Assembly: GCA_964016885.1 (NCBI GenBank)
Contig: OZ024744.1
Location: 54,002,001 to 54,066,000, forward strand
Length of the DNA: 64,000 nt
Origin: Eledone cirrhosa
Lineage: Eukaryota
Reading direction: 5' to 3'
Under the pieces are notes generated by a model. That model worked only from the letters and a program-made list of their open reading frames with translations. It ran no database searches and was not told where the DNA came from. The number at the start of each line of letters is the position of its first letter. The stretch's first letter is position 1. Position numbers and translations under genes: made by a program. This document shows positions 25,965 through 39,445 of this stretch, one piece after another.

Positions 25965-26425
25965 TGGTGGCTGCCAACTCGTTTTCGAGTACGGCCACTA
26001 CTTTATTTCCATGTAGGAGAACCCCTACCAATGCGCTGAACGAGTGTGACTTTTTAGTCCAGCCAGCGACTTGAAAACTCTGGTACAATCACTACAATAT
26101 TGACAATTATTGACACATAGTGCTGGGCCCATGGTACCATGTGATGACAAGTGCAGAGAGATCTCCAGATACAAAGCAATGCCTGTGCCGTGAAGCTTTT
26201 ATAGTGAGCAAAGGCACTGCACAAAGCCATTCCGACCCTCTTAACCAAGATAATATTTACCAAAAAGAAGAACAAGTCAACATCATTGGATACCATCAGG
26301 GTTGCAGGTGTTATATCAGAGTTTTCCTTCTCCTAGAATTCTGCCTTGACAAAGGCTAAGGGGTTATCTCTCCCGGTGATTTTGGATGGCCATTGACTCT
26401 TAAGAGCTCCTTTGCCCTTTGACAT
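25965..26425 (-). mobile_element. Bipartite RTE derivative, copy 2
   Basis: Near-identical to 15193-15600; flanked by (TACA)n. Confidence 0.75.
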
Positions 26426-26496
26426 ACGTACATACATACATACATACATACATACATACATACATACATACATACATACATACATACATACATACA

Positions 26497-27100
26497 TGGT
26501 GGCTGCCAACTCGTTTTCGAGTACGGCCACTACTTTATATCCATGTAGGAGAACCCCTACCGATGCGCTGAACGAGTGTGACTTTTTAGTCCAGCCAGCG
26601 ACTTGAAAACTCTAGTACAAACACTACACTTGTGACAATTATTGACACGTAGTGCTGGGCCCATGGTACCATGTGAAGACAAGTGCAGAGAGATCTCCAG
26701 ATATAAAGCAATGCCTGTGCCGTGAAGCTTTTATAGTCAGCAAAGGCACTGCACAAAGCCAGTCCCACTCTCTTAACCAAGATGATATTTACCAAAAAGA
26801 AGAACAAGTCAACATCATTGGATACCATCAGGGTTGCAGGTGTTATATCAGAGTTTTCCTTCTCCTAGAATTCTGCCTTGACAAAGGCTAAGGGGTCATC
26901 TCCCGGTGATTTTGGATGGCCATTGACTCTTAAGAGCTCCTTTGTCCTTTGACAGGTTTTGTTTTTAGTCCTGCAGGATGTCTAAAATCACCCTCCTCAC
27001 CAAGAAACCTTGGTGGGTTGCCAGTTTAGTCGCCAACGACCCGACCATGAGACAGGTTGTACAGGGATACATGTTACCAGCAGCACCAACTGGTGACCTG
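26497..27100 (-). mobile_element. Bipartite RTE derivative, copy 3 (longest, likely includes the 5' end)
   Basis: As above, plus a 5' segment similar to 62525-62710 and 63650-63840. Confidence 0.75.
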
Positions 27101-27206
27101 ACATACATGCATACATACATACATATATACATACATACATACATACATACATACATACATACATACATACATACATACATACATACATACATACATACAT
27201 ACATAC

Positions 27207-28215
27207 ATGGTGGCTGCCAACTCGTTTTCGAGTACGGCCACTACTTTATATCCATGTAGGAGAACCCCTACCGATGCGCTGAACGAGTGTGGCTTTTTAG
27301 TCCAGCCAGCGACTTGAAAACTCTGGTACAAACACTACACTTGTGACAATTATTGACACCTAGTGCTGAGCCCATGGTACCATGTGACCCAAGGTGTCGT
27401 GTGAGATCACTACTCGACCTGCATACTCTTCCACAAACATCACATGTCGTCGTCTGATGAACGCTTATAGCCCCACAGGTGCCTGCTTCTCTGTTCTTGT
27501 GCACTCTAAGGTGACTCTTTAGACCTGCCATGCTCAGACATACCCTATTACAGGTCTCACATGTCAGGTCAGGCCGTCTGTCAGTGCCTTCGGGAAGGCC
27601 AACAAGGATTCCTTTCCGGACATCTCTTTTTAGTGTCGCGTGCCTTTTTCTTGTTTCCTCAAATAGACTCTTGCCACTAGCCACTGCTTTCCTCCAATGC
27701 GATCGGTCGCTAGCGCATGCTTCCCAGTGCTCACAAGGGATGTTACTCTTCTTGAGCGCCCCCTTGATGCAGTCCTTAAAACGCATCTTGGGTTTGCTCG
27801 CGTTCCTTTTTCCCATTTGGAGCTCGCCATAAAGCAGCTGATTCGGCATTCGCTTGTCATTCATCCTTACAAGATGGCCTGTCCAGCGCAGCTGATGTTT
27901 GAAAATCAAGGACTCGACACTATCACAGCCACTTCTGTCCAGAACCTCGACATCACTGACAAACATTTGCCAAGTTATGCCGAGGATCCGACGTAAGCTG
28001 TACTAATGGAATATCTCAAGTCGCTTCATCTGTCTACGGTAGACCACCCACGTCTCACAAGCATAAATAAGTGCCGCGAGCACACACGCATGATACACTT
28101 TGAGCTTTGTCTTTACCTAAATTCCGTGTTGATACCAGAGACGCTTGTTCAGTTTTCCAAAAGCATCACTGGCTTTCTGTATCCTGTTTGATATTTCCCC
28201 ATCAAGATCGCAGGA
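27207..28215 (-). mobile_element. 5'-truncated RTE LINE 3' end, ORF ending in three C2H2 zinc fingers
   Basis: QLRWTGHLVRMNDKRMPNQLLYGEL; CETC..HLRVH, CDVC..HLGSH, CSVC..HTRSAH; (ATGT)n tail. Confidence 0.85.
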
Positions 28216-28728
28216 CATACTCAGGACATACATACATACATACAAACACGCATGCGTGCATACATACATACATACAAACATGCATGCATACATACATACA
28301 TACATACATACAAACATACATACATACATACATACATACATACATACATACATACATACATACATACATACATACATACATACATACATGATGGCTGCCC
28401 CCTCGGGGGCATTGCACGATATAAAATTATTAATAATTATCAATTAATGTTATCGTGCAATGCCTGTGCGTGAAGATACTTTTTTAAAGTGAGGAAAGAC
28501 TGCACTGAGCCAATCCCACTCGCTGAGCGACAGTAGCTATAACCCGAAAAGAAGAAAAGATCAACATCATCGGTAACTACTGAGCCGCAGGTTTTATGTC
28601 AGAGTTATCCCAGTTTCCTGAGTTGCCTCCTCCTAGAAGAATCCCCTGACAAAGGCTAGGGGTTCTTCACTCCCAGTGGTTTAATCGTGCGATCGAGTAT
28701 CCAGCCCGATTATTTCTATGCCCACGCG

Positions 28729-28817
<89 letters not shown>

Positions 28818-28821
<4 letters not shown>

Positions 28822-29117
28822 GGAAAAAATAAAACGAAATTTCATTTCCCACACTTAGTACGGCTGCTACTTAAATATAAATACGTATACGTACATACGT
28901 ATATGTATACAGACGTACAGTAGTATGTATATATACATACATGCACACACATATATATATGTACGTATGGATTCACCGAACATTTATTATAATGCTCGGT
29001 GTGTTTGTAAACAAACATCCCGAATTAAGCCGTAAAGTGTCAAGCAACCATCGTTGCTCATTTGTTCAACACTTACAAAGGAACGCTGTACTAGTTTCAA
29101 GCTTATTAGCTATCGTC
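28818..29117 (-). mobile_element. Partial copy of the 431-bp hammerhead-containing repeat unit
   Basis: Matches 53538-53597 followed by 53167-53411; abuts (TA)n. Confidence 0.75.
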
Positions 29118-29399
29118 TTATTCTACATGATGGGGATCAGAGAGTTGGCATTTTCCGGATTACCAGACAGTGTGTTAGAGAAATTAGGTGGGGTGGTTGG
29201 GGAAAAAGTGTCCGAAATATTAGTGAATCATTTACCTTGACTGATCACAAAAGAAAAGAGAGATAGAACACCTATTACAAGTGACAGTTGAACGAAGAGA
29301 ATAAAGGGTACAGTGGTAATCTACCACATGTAAACACATCTGAGAGAGCAATCATATAAATGGAAGAACTGTAATAGACAAAGCAATTATAGAAAGCGA

Positions 29400-30660
29400 G
29401 ATATTAAAATTATCTGGTACGGTAGGGTATATGCTAGTCAGATTCTTAATTACTCTTGTAGCACAACATAATATCATACCCAATGATAGGCTCAGCATTA
29501 TCATTGTAAACTGCTACAAGACATCTTAAAGAGAGGTAAATACAGAGGCATCAGCTGATGGACCAGATTATGGAAGTTGTTGAAAGATTTACAGCAGAAC
29601 TAATTAAGGACAGAATCTAGATACAGTTAGGATTTATACAAATAATATATAGTACTGATTCCGGCTTGCTTGTGAGAAAACTGCAATTGAAATACTTGAC
29701 TAAGAGTAAGCCACTATACCTGGCATTTGTGAATGTGGAAAATGTCTTTGACCGAAACTAGGTTCAGTAAACTAATGGGTGCTAATGAAGCTCGGTGTAG
29801 TCGAATGACTCATGAGGACAAAGCAGGTCATGTATAGAGGTGCAACCAACTACGTTAGTGTTGGAAATGAGGAGAAAGATGAAATTAAAATGCAGGTGGA
29901 ACCCATCATGGCTCAGTCCTCAATCCACTTATGTTTATCTATGTAGAATTTCAGACTACAACTGAAGAGTTTACGACAGGCACTCCACAGGATCTCATGA
30001 TGACGACAGTCCTTATAAATGAATCTGTGTGAGAGATAGAGTCAACATTCCAGACATGAAAACATCTACAATCAAGTGTAAAAGCTAATTTTTTTATAAG
30101 TAGAGAACATGTCAGGCAGCTACTACAGTCAAGGAAATAGCATAGCTCAATATGCCAAACGACAAATTGCAGAAGTTCCATAAGAGATGTAGTGGGGTTG
30201 CAGGCAAGCTAACAGAGGTGATAGATGAGCAGATGTTAGCACTAAAACCGTAATTGCCAGAGTGGCTTCCTAAAGTGTGTTGACAGCTTTTGTTACAAAG
30301 CTGACCCAATCAGCAATTGCGACAGAAAGTCTGAAAGCGTATAAGCCGGGTTAAGAATAGGTCGGAAGAGGTTTAGAACATTTGTTGACAATAATTGTCT
30401 TATCACTCCTCAAATTAAATGGTAGACTGCAATGCTACATGGCAGTGGGACATGGATCTTGCCTGCGAAAGACCTGTGAGTTCTAGAAAGATATGATGCG
30501 AGCATGCCCCGATGGATTAATAATGTTAATATGCATGAACAAAGTGGCATAAGCGATCCGAGAGAAGTACTAGATATGGCCTGCAAGAAAGAAGACTGCA
30601 TTGACATGGGCAGGTGATGCTTAATGAAGATAACAGCTGTATAAAAGGTCCGCAGGATTT
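29400..30660 (+). pseudogene. Ancient, heavily decayed RTE-like LINE RT relic
   Basis: Residual YRGIS, LYLAFV..ENVFDR, VGTHHGSVLNPLMFI, MLHGSGTW codons. Confidence 0.5.
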
Positions 30661-31529
30661 GCGCCGAAATTATTGAATATAACATATCAATACATATATA
30701 TGAAAATAACCGTAGTTTCGAAAAGTAAAAGTTAGTTGAGTGTCAAAAATAAAAGGAGAGAGAATATTTCGAAAATTTTGCTATGTGATATCTACTCCGC
30801 CTCTTTCATATTCCCATATATGTCAATTTTATCTTTCATCTAATATCAAATAAATCGCTCCCCAATCAAATACTGGGGAGCGAGTTATTTGATATACTCC
30901 TTCCCAACATCACTGTATCAAACTACACTAGTAAAATATTCTTGAAAGGTACAAAATAATATTATTACTGCATCATATTAAAATTTAAAATATTTACTTT
31001 AGTTTACCACAAATCTTCACAACAATCTATCCACGAGTAAAAATACTATAAATACTTGAAGTAAAACATTTTCTTTCAGACAATTTCTGCTAAATGTTTA
31101 CAGGATGTTAAGTATTAATTAAGTTATATCTAATTTCAGGAAGCTTTCGAATAGCAGACTCATTAACCATCTACGTCCTTTTCAATTAGAACATGTGGAG
31201 GTCAATGAGAAGAAATAGACCTGTAACAGAAAAATAAATCACAGAAGGGCAAACAGAAGGTGATATGTTAGTTTTAAAAGAAATGAAGTCATTGTATTAA
31301 TTAATTAAAACATTTTGAGCTTTGATTATTTTGAAATTTTAACTCCTTTAATCAGTAAATTATGATTTCTTTCTTCTCGTTTTATTCAGGCATTTATTTT
31401 ATTTATCGATTGATTTCTCTATTTTACCCCACTGAAGTGTTTGAAAGTTTAGTTCAATAAAATTAATACCAGATATATACTAATGTTGATTTAATCTTAT
31501 ATCTTACAAACTTGTTACTCTATGATGGT

Positions 31530-31740
31530 TATGGTTGTAGTGGTGGTGGAGGTTGTAGTGGTAGTTGTGGAGGTTGTAGTGGTGATTGTGGAGATTGTAG
31601 TGGTGGGGGTGGAAGTTGTAGTGGTGGGGTGGAGGTTGTAGTGGTGGTGGTGGAGGTTGTAGTGGTAGTGGAGGTTGTAGTGGCGGTGGTGGTGGTTGTA
31701 GTAGTAGTGGTGGTGGTGGAGGTTGTAGTGGTGGTGGGTA
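31530..31740. repeat. G/T-rich minisatellite (~21-bp unit ggaggttgtagtggtggtggt)
   Basis: Direct reading. Confidence 0.8.
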
Positions 31741-32291
31741 ATTTAAGATGTCACTACTATCATATATATAGTCAAAGTGCAGCAACATGGTAGAAAATGG
31801 TAAAGAGCATGACTTAAGACTTTGCATTATATAGATTTGTTTTGCTATGTTTCCAGTTCAAATCTCACCGCTGTTGACTTAAACATTGATGTAGTAGCCA
31901 TATTTCGATCAATTATAACTTGCACAGTAAACGTGTAAACGATGTCAGTGTATCAACGTGAAAACGGTTGAAAGAAAAGATAATATCCATAACGAAATGA
32001 GGAATAAAGATAATATTTGTCCCAGAAACACAATGTACCACAGCAATATAATAAATATAATAAATAATATAATAAATGTAATGATAATTTGCTATTTAAA
32101 AAAATACAATGAATAAGTAATGACTTTTAAACATAATCTCTGAGTTAATAGAAAATAGTGTAAATAAACTATATAGTCAGCAAGTCATTATTTCTACAAA
32201 TACAATAACTATATCACCACAATTTAGATCTTATTCAAAAATTGTGCTGAATTGAACTTTAGGTGCATCATGATAAATATTATTATTATTA

Positions 32292-32470
32292 GTGGATTGG
32301 CAGTATCGGTAGAGGGTCGCACGCCATGCTTTGACGCATAGAGTTACGGCTCTTGCCATTCTGAGTTCAAATCCCGCCGAGGTAAACTTTGCCTTTCATC
32401 CTTACGGGGTCGATAAAATAAAGTACCAGTAATGTACTGGTTAATTGTGGCCTTGTGCCAAAAGTAGAAA
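32292..32470 (+). mobile_element. Full-length tRNA-derived SINE (Nin/Deu-like core)
   Basis: A box TGGCAGTATCGG, B box GAGTTCAAATCC, core as at 7351-7530, (AAT)n tail. Confidence 0.8.
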
Positions 32471-32502
32471 TAATAATAATAATTATTATTATTATTATTA
32501 TT

Positions 32503-35500
32503 AAATGCTTTGGTTGACGGAGGCTCGGTTCTGTAAGGTATTGTAAATTTTGACCGCTATAACAATTGTAAATTGTTTAAAACTTTAAACAGCTTGTAGA
32601 CAAAAACACCCTCCTCCTCGTGAGAGGGGTCTTTCTGCCCGTTATTTGGCCCTTCGGGGTCAAATAACCGCTTATTGGGGTTTTGTGCCCAATATTTATT
32701 TTAAACAAAAAAAAACAACATGGCTACGAAAAAGAATTTTCATAGGTCACTCCCATTCATTCCGTCTTCTTCTTCATCAATCGTCACTACAGCAGAGAGA
32801 AGATTGTCTCTCTCCCTCCCTTCTCTTTCGCAAGCGACGCCAGAAAAGAAAAGTCTCGTGCAAAGCGTGCAAGATTTCTCCACGACGACGACGACAACGA
32901 CGAAACAGGTGTGCGGGAAATACGAAAACCCATTTCATTCGTCTGACGTCAGGAATAATAGCAGTAGCAGCCGTAATAAGAACAGCAACAGTGACAATGA
33001 AAACAACAGTAGCAGCCGCAACAGCATCAGCAGCAGCATAAACAACAACAGCATTAGCAGCAGCAACAACAACAACAACCACAGCAACAGCGGCGGCGGC
33101 AGTAGTCGTAGTACCTGCAGCAACAACAAAAGTAACAGCAACTCTGACGAAAACAACAAAAACAACAGCAGCAAAGAAAAACCAATCTCGTTTGCAGGTA
33201 TCGCAAAGAACCTGGAAACCATGCACATAACAAATGAGGAATTAGAGGAAGCGAAGAAGATGGTGACAAAAACTAGACACCGAGCAATCTGCAAGGCAGC
33301 GGAAATTTATTTCGAAACCCAACAGCACTGTACGGTCACGTGCCGTATAGTAAGTACAAAATCCCGTAGGGTTGAAAGAGCCACAGAGGCTTAGATACAA
33401 AAAGCTTTGGGGTCTGTGTGGCAGCGGAAAACGCACATCACCCGAGGCAAGAAATATGCCACCGTAGACGTACTTTTTGCCACACCCCAGGAGGCAAAGG
33501 CCCAATCAGTAGTGACCCTAAGGAGCGAGGAAATGGTGTTGGTGCCCTCCTACTGCGGGCAAAAAATTGTGAGGGTCAAACTGACCCACGTCCCCCCCGG
33601 AATGACCCCTTCTTGGCTGGCCGCGTCTGTCCTCGTCGGAATCGAGGACAAAACAACTGTACTGCAAGTACAGAAAAAAGTAAGAGAATATTGGGTCGGC
33701 ACCTCCATTGAGATGTTAATCCAAACCAACCAGGAGTGCATCGAAGCTACCCCGGATGTGATGGACTTTGATAACGGCACTCAACTGCCCATAAGTGTTG
33801 AGGGCAAACGCCCGAAATGCTTTCGCTGTGGATCGAAGACTCACCTCAGGGCCTTCTGCAACGAGAAGACCCTGAGAAAGGAGAAAACCCCCCTCCTTCC
33901 GAAACCGGCTCCACGGCTACCAGCAACAGGACAAGCCGCAACCAGGAACGATAAGTCCGTGGCACCCATACCCACGCCACGGAAATCAAAAACAGCAGCA
34001 GCAGTGGAAGTATTAACAACAACAACAGCAATACCAAATGCAGCTGCAACAGAGACTCCAGTGCAAACATCACCAACAACAAGTGAAAGAGTGGAGCTGG
34101 TACCCCTCCCCGACCTCACAGAATCAGACATGGAGTGAGAGGTGGAAGAGGGATGGCAAAAGGTCGTGAGAAAGCACAAACGCAGAAGCAGCGCATCGTC
34201 GCCTTCGAAAAGGGAGGAAAGAAATGAAAAGAGGGTAAAGGCTACAGCAAATAGACTAACAGCAGCAACACCACCAACACCATCACCACCCACACTAGCA
34301 CCACCATCACCACCGGCGACAACCCCACCGCCAACAGCAACAACACCTTCAACACCACCACCACAAGCACCAACATCGCAAACACAACAACAAAACACAC
34401 ACACCCAGCAACAATGACAAGAAAATACCAGAACCACACCCCACCCCCAGAAAAACAAATGCACGGCAATAAATACACACAACAAGAAACTAATGACTTA
34501 CATAATTGAACACACAGACATTTCACAACACAACTACATAATACCAGCACCAATCAAAACGCCAACTAACATAAGACTGCGAAAAATAGCACAGAAACAA
34601 TACACAAACATTAAAACGAAATTCCCCAACGCAGTTGGTGATTTCAGAGACCTAGGAGGGACTCTCAATCGAAGAGTATATTCGGACATACTCATAGAAG
34701 AGCCGACGACCAGCCGAAGGGACGATTCAACGGTCCCTTCACCAGACGATCAAGTGAAAAGGGTTGGACAAACCATCCCTCCTCTACGAAAAGTACGGTA
34801 AGTGGTCTTTCCCATCTTTTCCACTCTATTTTAAACATGACCTCACTCAGAATAGGCAGCATAAATGTACGCGGCCTGGGGTCGTCTTGGAAGCAGGGGC
34901 ACCTGCTGAACGATCTCAGGTCACTAAACATAGATGTAGTGGCCATCAGCGAGACCAGAATCTCCGAAGCACGGGCCTTCGCACCGATCTTCGGCGGCTA
35001 CGATGTGTACGCTTTTGGCCAAGGTGCTAGCAAAGAGGTTGGCGCTTGTCGTTGGTGGTCTGGTGGGAGAGGCGCAGACATGCGCCATTCCCGACAGATC
35101 CATCCACGACAACCTCCACCTCATGCGATACATCGTAGAGAGGGTAGCGAGGGAACCTGGCACGGGTGGGTCCTTGATCAATTTAGATCAGTCGAAAGCT
35201 TTCGATAGGATCGTTACCTAGTGGCAGTCCTGAGGGCGGCTGGCTTTGGGCCCGTCTTCAGAGGCTGGATCGCTGCCATGCACAGCGACATCTGCTCTGT
35301 GGTGAGAGTGAACGGTCACCTATCGAAACCGTTCAACATCATGCGCTTGGTCCGCCAAGGATGTCCCCTCTCGCCCCTCTTGTACGTATTGACTCTCGAG
35401 CCATTACTGCACAAACTGGAGACGTTGAGGGGCGTCCCGCGCAAACTAGGATGCGGAAGATCCGTGTCAGCATATGCGGACGATGTCACCGTAGTGGTGT

Positions 35501-37079
35501 CGAACGCCAAACACATCGAGGCAATCGGCACTACACTAAGAGAATACGAAGCGGTGACAGGAGCAATGATCAACCAGGAAAAGTCAGTGGGCCTGCAGCT
35601 CGGCACCTGGAGAGGCAGGTCCATGCCGTCCAACAGCGTCGTCGGACGCTGGACGGACGGACCGGTTAAATTGCTAGGGGTCTGGTTCGGTCCGGACCTC
35701 CAGACGGACAAAAACTGGGGCGAGGTGACGAGCAGGGTGGCTTCTCTCACCCAGAAATGGGCGGAGAGGAAGCTATCCCTGAAAGGTCGAGCGGAGGAGG
35801 CTAACGCGTACATCGCGTCTGTCATCTGCTACCGCCTGACCGTCGTACCTTGTCCTAAGCCCCGCCTGACTGCGCTGGAGCGTTTGCTCTTTCGCTTTTT
35901 GTGGAAGGGACGCGCTCCGATGGTCAGGCGGTCCATCTGTTGTCAACACCCGCTACATGGAGGGCTGGGCATGCCGTGGCTGATGATGCGCAGGCACGCG
36001 CTCAGGCTACGACATCTCCACCTCTTCCTCGACGGTGATCAGGTGTGGTCGCCGTTTGCTAGACACATTTCCCCAGCTCGTTTCCTTGACGGAGCTGCAG
36101 TCCTGGGTCAAGCGAAGACCGAGAGGGAGCGCCTGGAGACTGGAATGTCTTCAGGCGCTCACAGCCCTCGACCAATCGGGCAATGTGATCGGTGTAAATT
36201 CCACCTCGGCGTTCTATAGAGGATTAGTGGAGGGGACGAGCGACGACGTACTTGGGGAAACTCTAGGCGTCGACGAAAATTAACTAGCCAATCTCTTCGG
36301 AAGAACTTTCGGGCCAGGGCCTATGGACAACTTCCAGAAATCTCTGGCCTGGCAGTGCTACCGAGGAGCCTTGCCAGTTCGGGATAAACTCTACAGGCAT
36401 GGAGGTGCCGTCAGCGGGGCATGTCCGAGATGCGCGCAGGGCGACGAAACCGTCCTCCACGCACTCGCCCAGTGTCCGAAAATTACTGACTTGTGGGTTT
36501 ATGTCGAACACCTGCTGTCGCGTGTAGGACGGATCCGGCTATCATCGTGAGGATTGCCCCGCCCTCCTCCTTTAGCCGGGAAGGGCAGGCAGTTTTTATC
36601 TGTCTGGTGGCCATGGCGAAAGAGATAGTATGGTGGACACGTTTGAAAGGGCTGAAGACGAGCACTTACCTCTTCGTTGATGCTCTGATTGACTTTTTCA
36701 AATTTCATTTGAAAAGGAAAATCAGAGTAGAGAGGGAAGTGCTCACTTCCCAGCATTTTGTTGAAAGATGGGTGAGAGAAGCAAGAATGGCCCGAGTGAA
36801 TGGGCCTACTCTGAGTATATATCTGTAAATTAAAGGTGGAAAACTGGGAGAGGACACTTGCCTTGGTGATCAGGGTCACTGTGGCCTTTTACTGGGCTTT
36901 CTCCACAAATATCCCTCCGAAGTCTCCCCCCTATTGGAGAATTTTTCATTGTTATTTTTTTGTTACATACTCTGTTTTTGTTTTTTACACGCAGAAATGC
37001 CCATTTGTACCGTACTGTATTGTCCTGCACTGTCCTTAATGTCTACTTTATGTAAACCCTTGTGGTTAATAAAGAAATC
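32503..37079 (+). mobile_element. L1/Tx1-clade element copy b (stops in ORF1, ~1.4-kb deletion in ORF2 near 35012)
   Basis: Colinear with copy c; gatgtgtacgc joins ttttggccaagg (39621 to ~41030 in copy c). Confidence 0.88.
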
Positions 37080-37313
37080 ATTATTATTATTATTATTGAA
37101 TGCCATGGTTGACGGAGGCTCGGCTCTGTAAGGTATAGTAATTTTTAACCGTTAAAACAATTGTAAATTGTTTAAAACTTGAACCAAATTGTTGATAAAG
37201 ACACCCTCCTCCTCGTGAGAGGGGTCTTTCTGTCCGTTATTTGGCCCTTCGGGGTTAAATAACCAGTTATTGGGGTTTTGTACCCAAAATTTCATTTTAA
37301 ACAAAAAAACAAC

Positions 37314-39410
37314 ATGGCTACGAAAAAGAAATTTCATACGTCACTCCCACTCATTCCGTCTTCTTCTTCCTCAATCATCACTACAGCAGAGAGAAGATTG
37401 TCTCTCTCCCTCCCTTCTTTAAATGTGTCTCTCTCCCTCCCTTCTCTTTCGCAAGTGACGAAAGAAAAGAAAAGTCTCGTGCAAAGCGTGCAAAGTTTCT
37501 CCACGACGACGACGACAGCGACGAAACAGGTGTGCGGGAAATACGAAAACCCAGTTCATTCGTCTGACGTCAGGAATAATAGCAGTAGCAGCCGTAATAA
37601 CAACAGCAACAGTGACAATGAAAACAACAGTAGCAGCCGCAACAACATCACAAGCAGCATAAACAACAACAGCATTAGCAGCAGCAACACCAACAACAAC
37701 CACAGCAACAGCGGCGGAGGCAGTAGTCGTAGTACCTGCAGCAACAACAAAAGTACCAGCAGCTCTGACGACAACAACAACAGCAGAGAAAAACCAATCT
37801 CATTTGCAGGTATTGCGAAAAACTTGGAAACAATCCTCATAACAAATGAGGAATTAGAGGAAGCGAAGAAGATGGTGACAAAGAACGGAGACGGAGCAAT
37901 CTGCAAGGCAGCGGAAAAATTTTTCGAAACCCAAGAGCACTGTACGGTCACGTACCGTACAGTAAGTACAAAATCCCGTAGGGTGGAAAGAGCCACAGAG
38001 GCCCAAATACAAAAAGCCTTGGGGTCTGTGTGGCAGCGGAAAACGCACATCACCCGAGGCAAAAAATATGCCACCGTAGACGTACTTTTTGCCACACCCC
38101 AGGAGGCAAAGGCCCAATCAGTAGTGACCCTAAGGAGCGAGGAAATGGTGTTGGTGCCCTCCTACTGCGGGCAAAAAATTGTGAGGGTCAAACTGACCCA
38201 CGTCCCCCCCGGAATGACCCCTTCTTGGCTGGCCGCGTCTGTCCTCGTCGGAATCGAGGACAAAACAACTGTACTGCAAGTACAGAAAAAAGTAAGAGAA
38301 TATTGGGTCGGCTCCTCCATTGAGATGCTAATCCAAACCAACCAGGAGTGCATCGAAGCTATCCCGGATGTGATAGACTTCGATAACGGCACTCAACTGC
38401 CCATAAGTGTTGAGGGCAAACGCCCGAAATGCTTTCGCTGTGGATCGAAGACTCACCTCAGGGCCTTCTGCAACGAGAAGACCCTGAGAAAGGAGAAAAC
38501 CCCCCTCCTTCTGAATCCGGCTCCACGGCTACCAGAAACAGGACAAGCGGCAACCAGGAACGATATGCCCGTGGCACCCATACCCACCCCACGGAAATCA
38601 AAAATAGCAGCAGCAGTGGAAATATTAACAACAACAACAGCAATACCAAATGCAGCTGCAACAAAGACTCCAGTGCAAACATCACCAACAACAACAAGTG
38701 AAAGAGTGGAGCTGGTACCCCTCCCCGACCTCACAGAATCAGACATGGAGTGTGAGGTGGGAGAGGGATGGCAAAAGGTCGTAAGAAGTCACAAACGCAG
38801 AAGCAGCGCATCGTCGCCTTTGAAAAGGGAGGAAAGAAATGAGAAAAGGGTAAAGTCTACTGCAAAGAGACCCACAGCAGCAACAACACCAACACCATCA
38901 CCACCCACACTAGCACCACCATCACCACCGGCGACAACCCCACCGCCAACAACACCTTCAACACCACCACCACAAGCACCAACATCGCAAACACAACAAC
39001 AAAACACACACACCCAGCAACAACGACAAGAAAATAGCAGAACCACACCCCACCCCCAGAAAAACAAATGCACGGCAATAAATACACACAACAAGAAACT
39101 AATGACTTACATAATTGAACACACAGACATTTCACAACAGGACTACATAATACCAGCACCAATCAAAACGCCAACTAACATAAGACTGCTAAAAATAGCA
39201 CAGAAACAATACACAAACATTAAAACGAAATTCCCCAACGCAGTTGGTGATTTCAGGGACCTAGGAGGAACCATCAATCGAAGAGTATACTCAGACATTC
39301 TCTTAGAAGAGCCGACGACCAGCCGAAGGGACGATTCAACGGTCCCTTCACCAGACGATCAAGTGAAAAGGGATGTAAAAACCATCCCTCCTCTACGAAA
39401 AGTACGGTAA
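37314..39410 (+). CDS. Tx1 ORF1 (nucleic-acid-binding; Ser/Asn-rich N-terminus, CCHC zinc knuckle, Pro/Thr-rich C-terminus)
   Basis: Open from ATG (MATKKK); CFRCGSKTHLRAFC; lies 35 nt upstream of ORF2. Confidence 0.8.
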   Translation: MATKKKFHTSLPLIPSSSSSIITTAERRLSLSLPSLNVSLSLPSLSQVTKEKKSLVQSVQSFSTTTTTATKQVCGKYENPVHSSDVRNNSSSSRNNNSNSDNENNSSSRNNITSSINNNSISSSNTNNNHSNSGGGSSRSTCSNNKSTSSSDDNNNSREKPISFAGIAKNLETILITNEELEEAKKMVTKNGDGAICKAAEKFFETQEHCTVTYRTVSTKSRRVERATEAQIQKALGSVWQRKTHITRGKKYATVDVLFATPQEAKAQSVVTLRSEEMVLVPSYCGQKIVRVKLTHVPPGMTPSWLAASVLVGIEDKTTVLQVQKKVREYWVGSSIEMLIQTNQECIEAIPDVIDFDNGTQLPISVEGKRPKCFRCGSKTHLRAFCNEKTLRKEKTPLLLNPAPRLPETGQAATRNDMPVAPIPTPRKSKIAAAVEILTTTTAIPNAAATKTPVQTSPTTTSERVELVPLPDLTESDMECEVGEGWQKVVRSHKRRSSASSPLKREERNEKRVKSTAKRPTAATTPTPSPPTLAPPSPPATTPPPTTPSTPPPQAPTSQTQQQNTHTQQQRQENSRTTPHPQKNKCTAINTHNKKLMTYIIEHTDISQQDYIIPAPIKTPTNIRLLKIAQKQYTNIKTKFPNAVGDFRDLGGTINRRVYSDILLEEPTTSRRDDSTVPSPDDQVKRDVKTIPPLRKVR

Positions 39411-39445
39411 GTGGTCTTTCCCATCTTTTCCACTCTATTTTAAAC

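Noticed and set aside
31080-31240. Acceptor-like ttttctgttacag on the minus strand, possible host exon
   Set aside because: All three frames stop within ~40 nt; no homology or partner exon visible
37195-37290. Possible HDV-like ribozyme in the Tx1 5' UTR (tcctcgt loop, cUUCGg hairpin)
   Set aside because: Could not assemble P1/P1.1/P2/P3 pairings; only simple hairpins are supported
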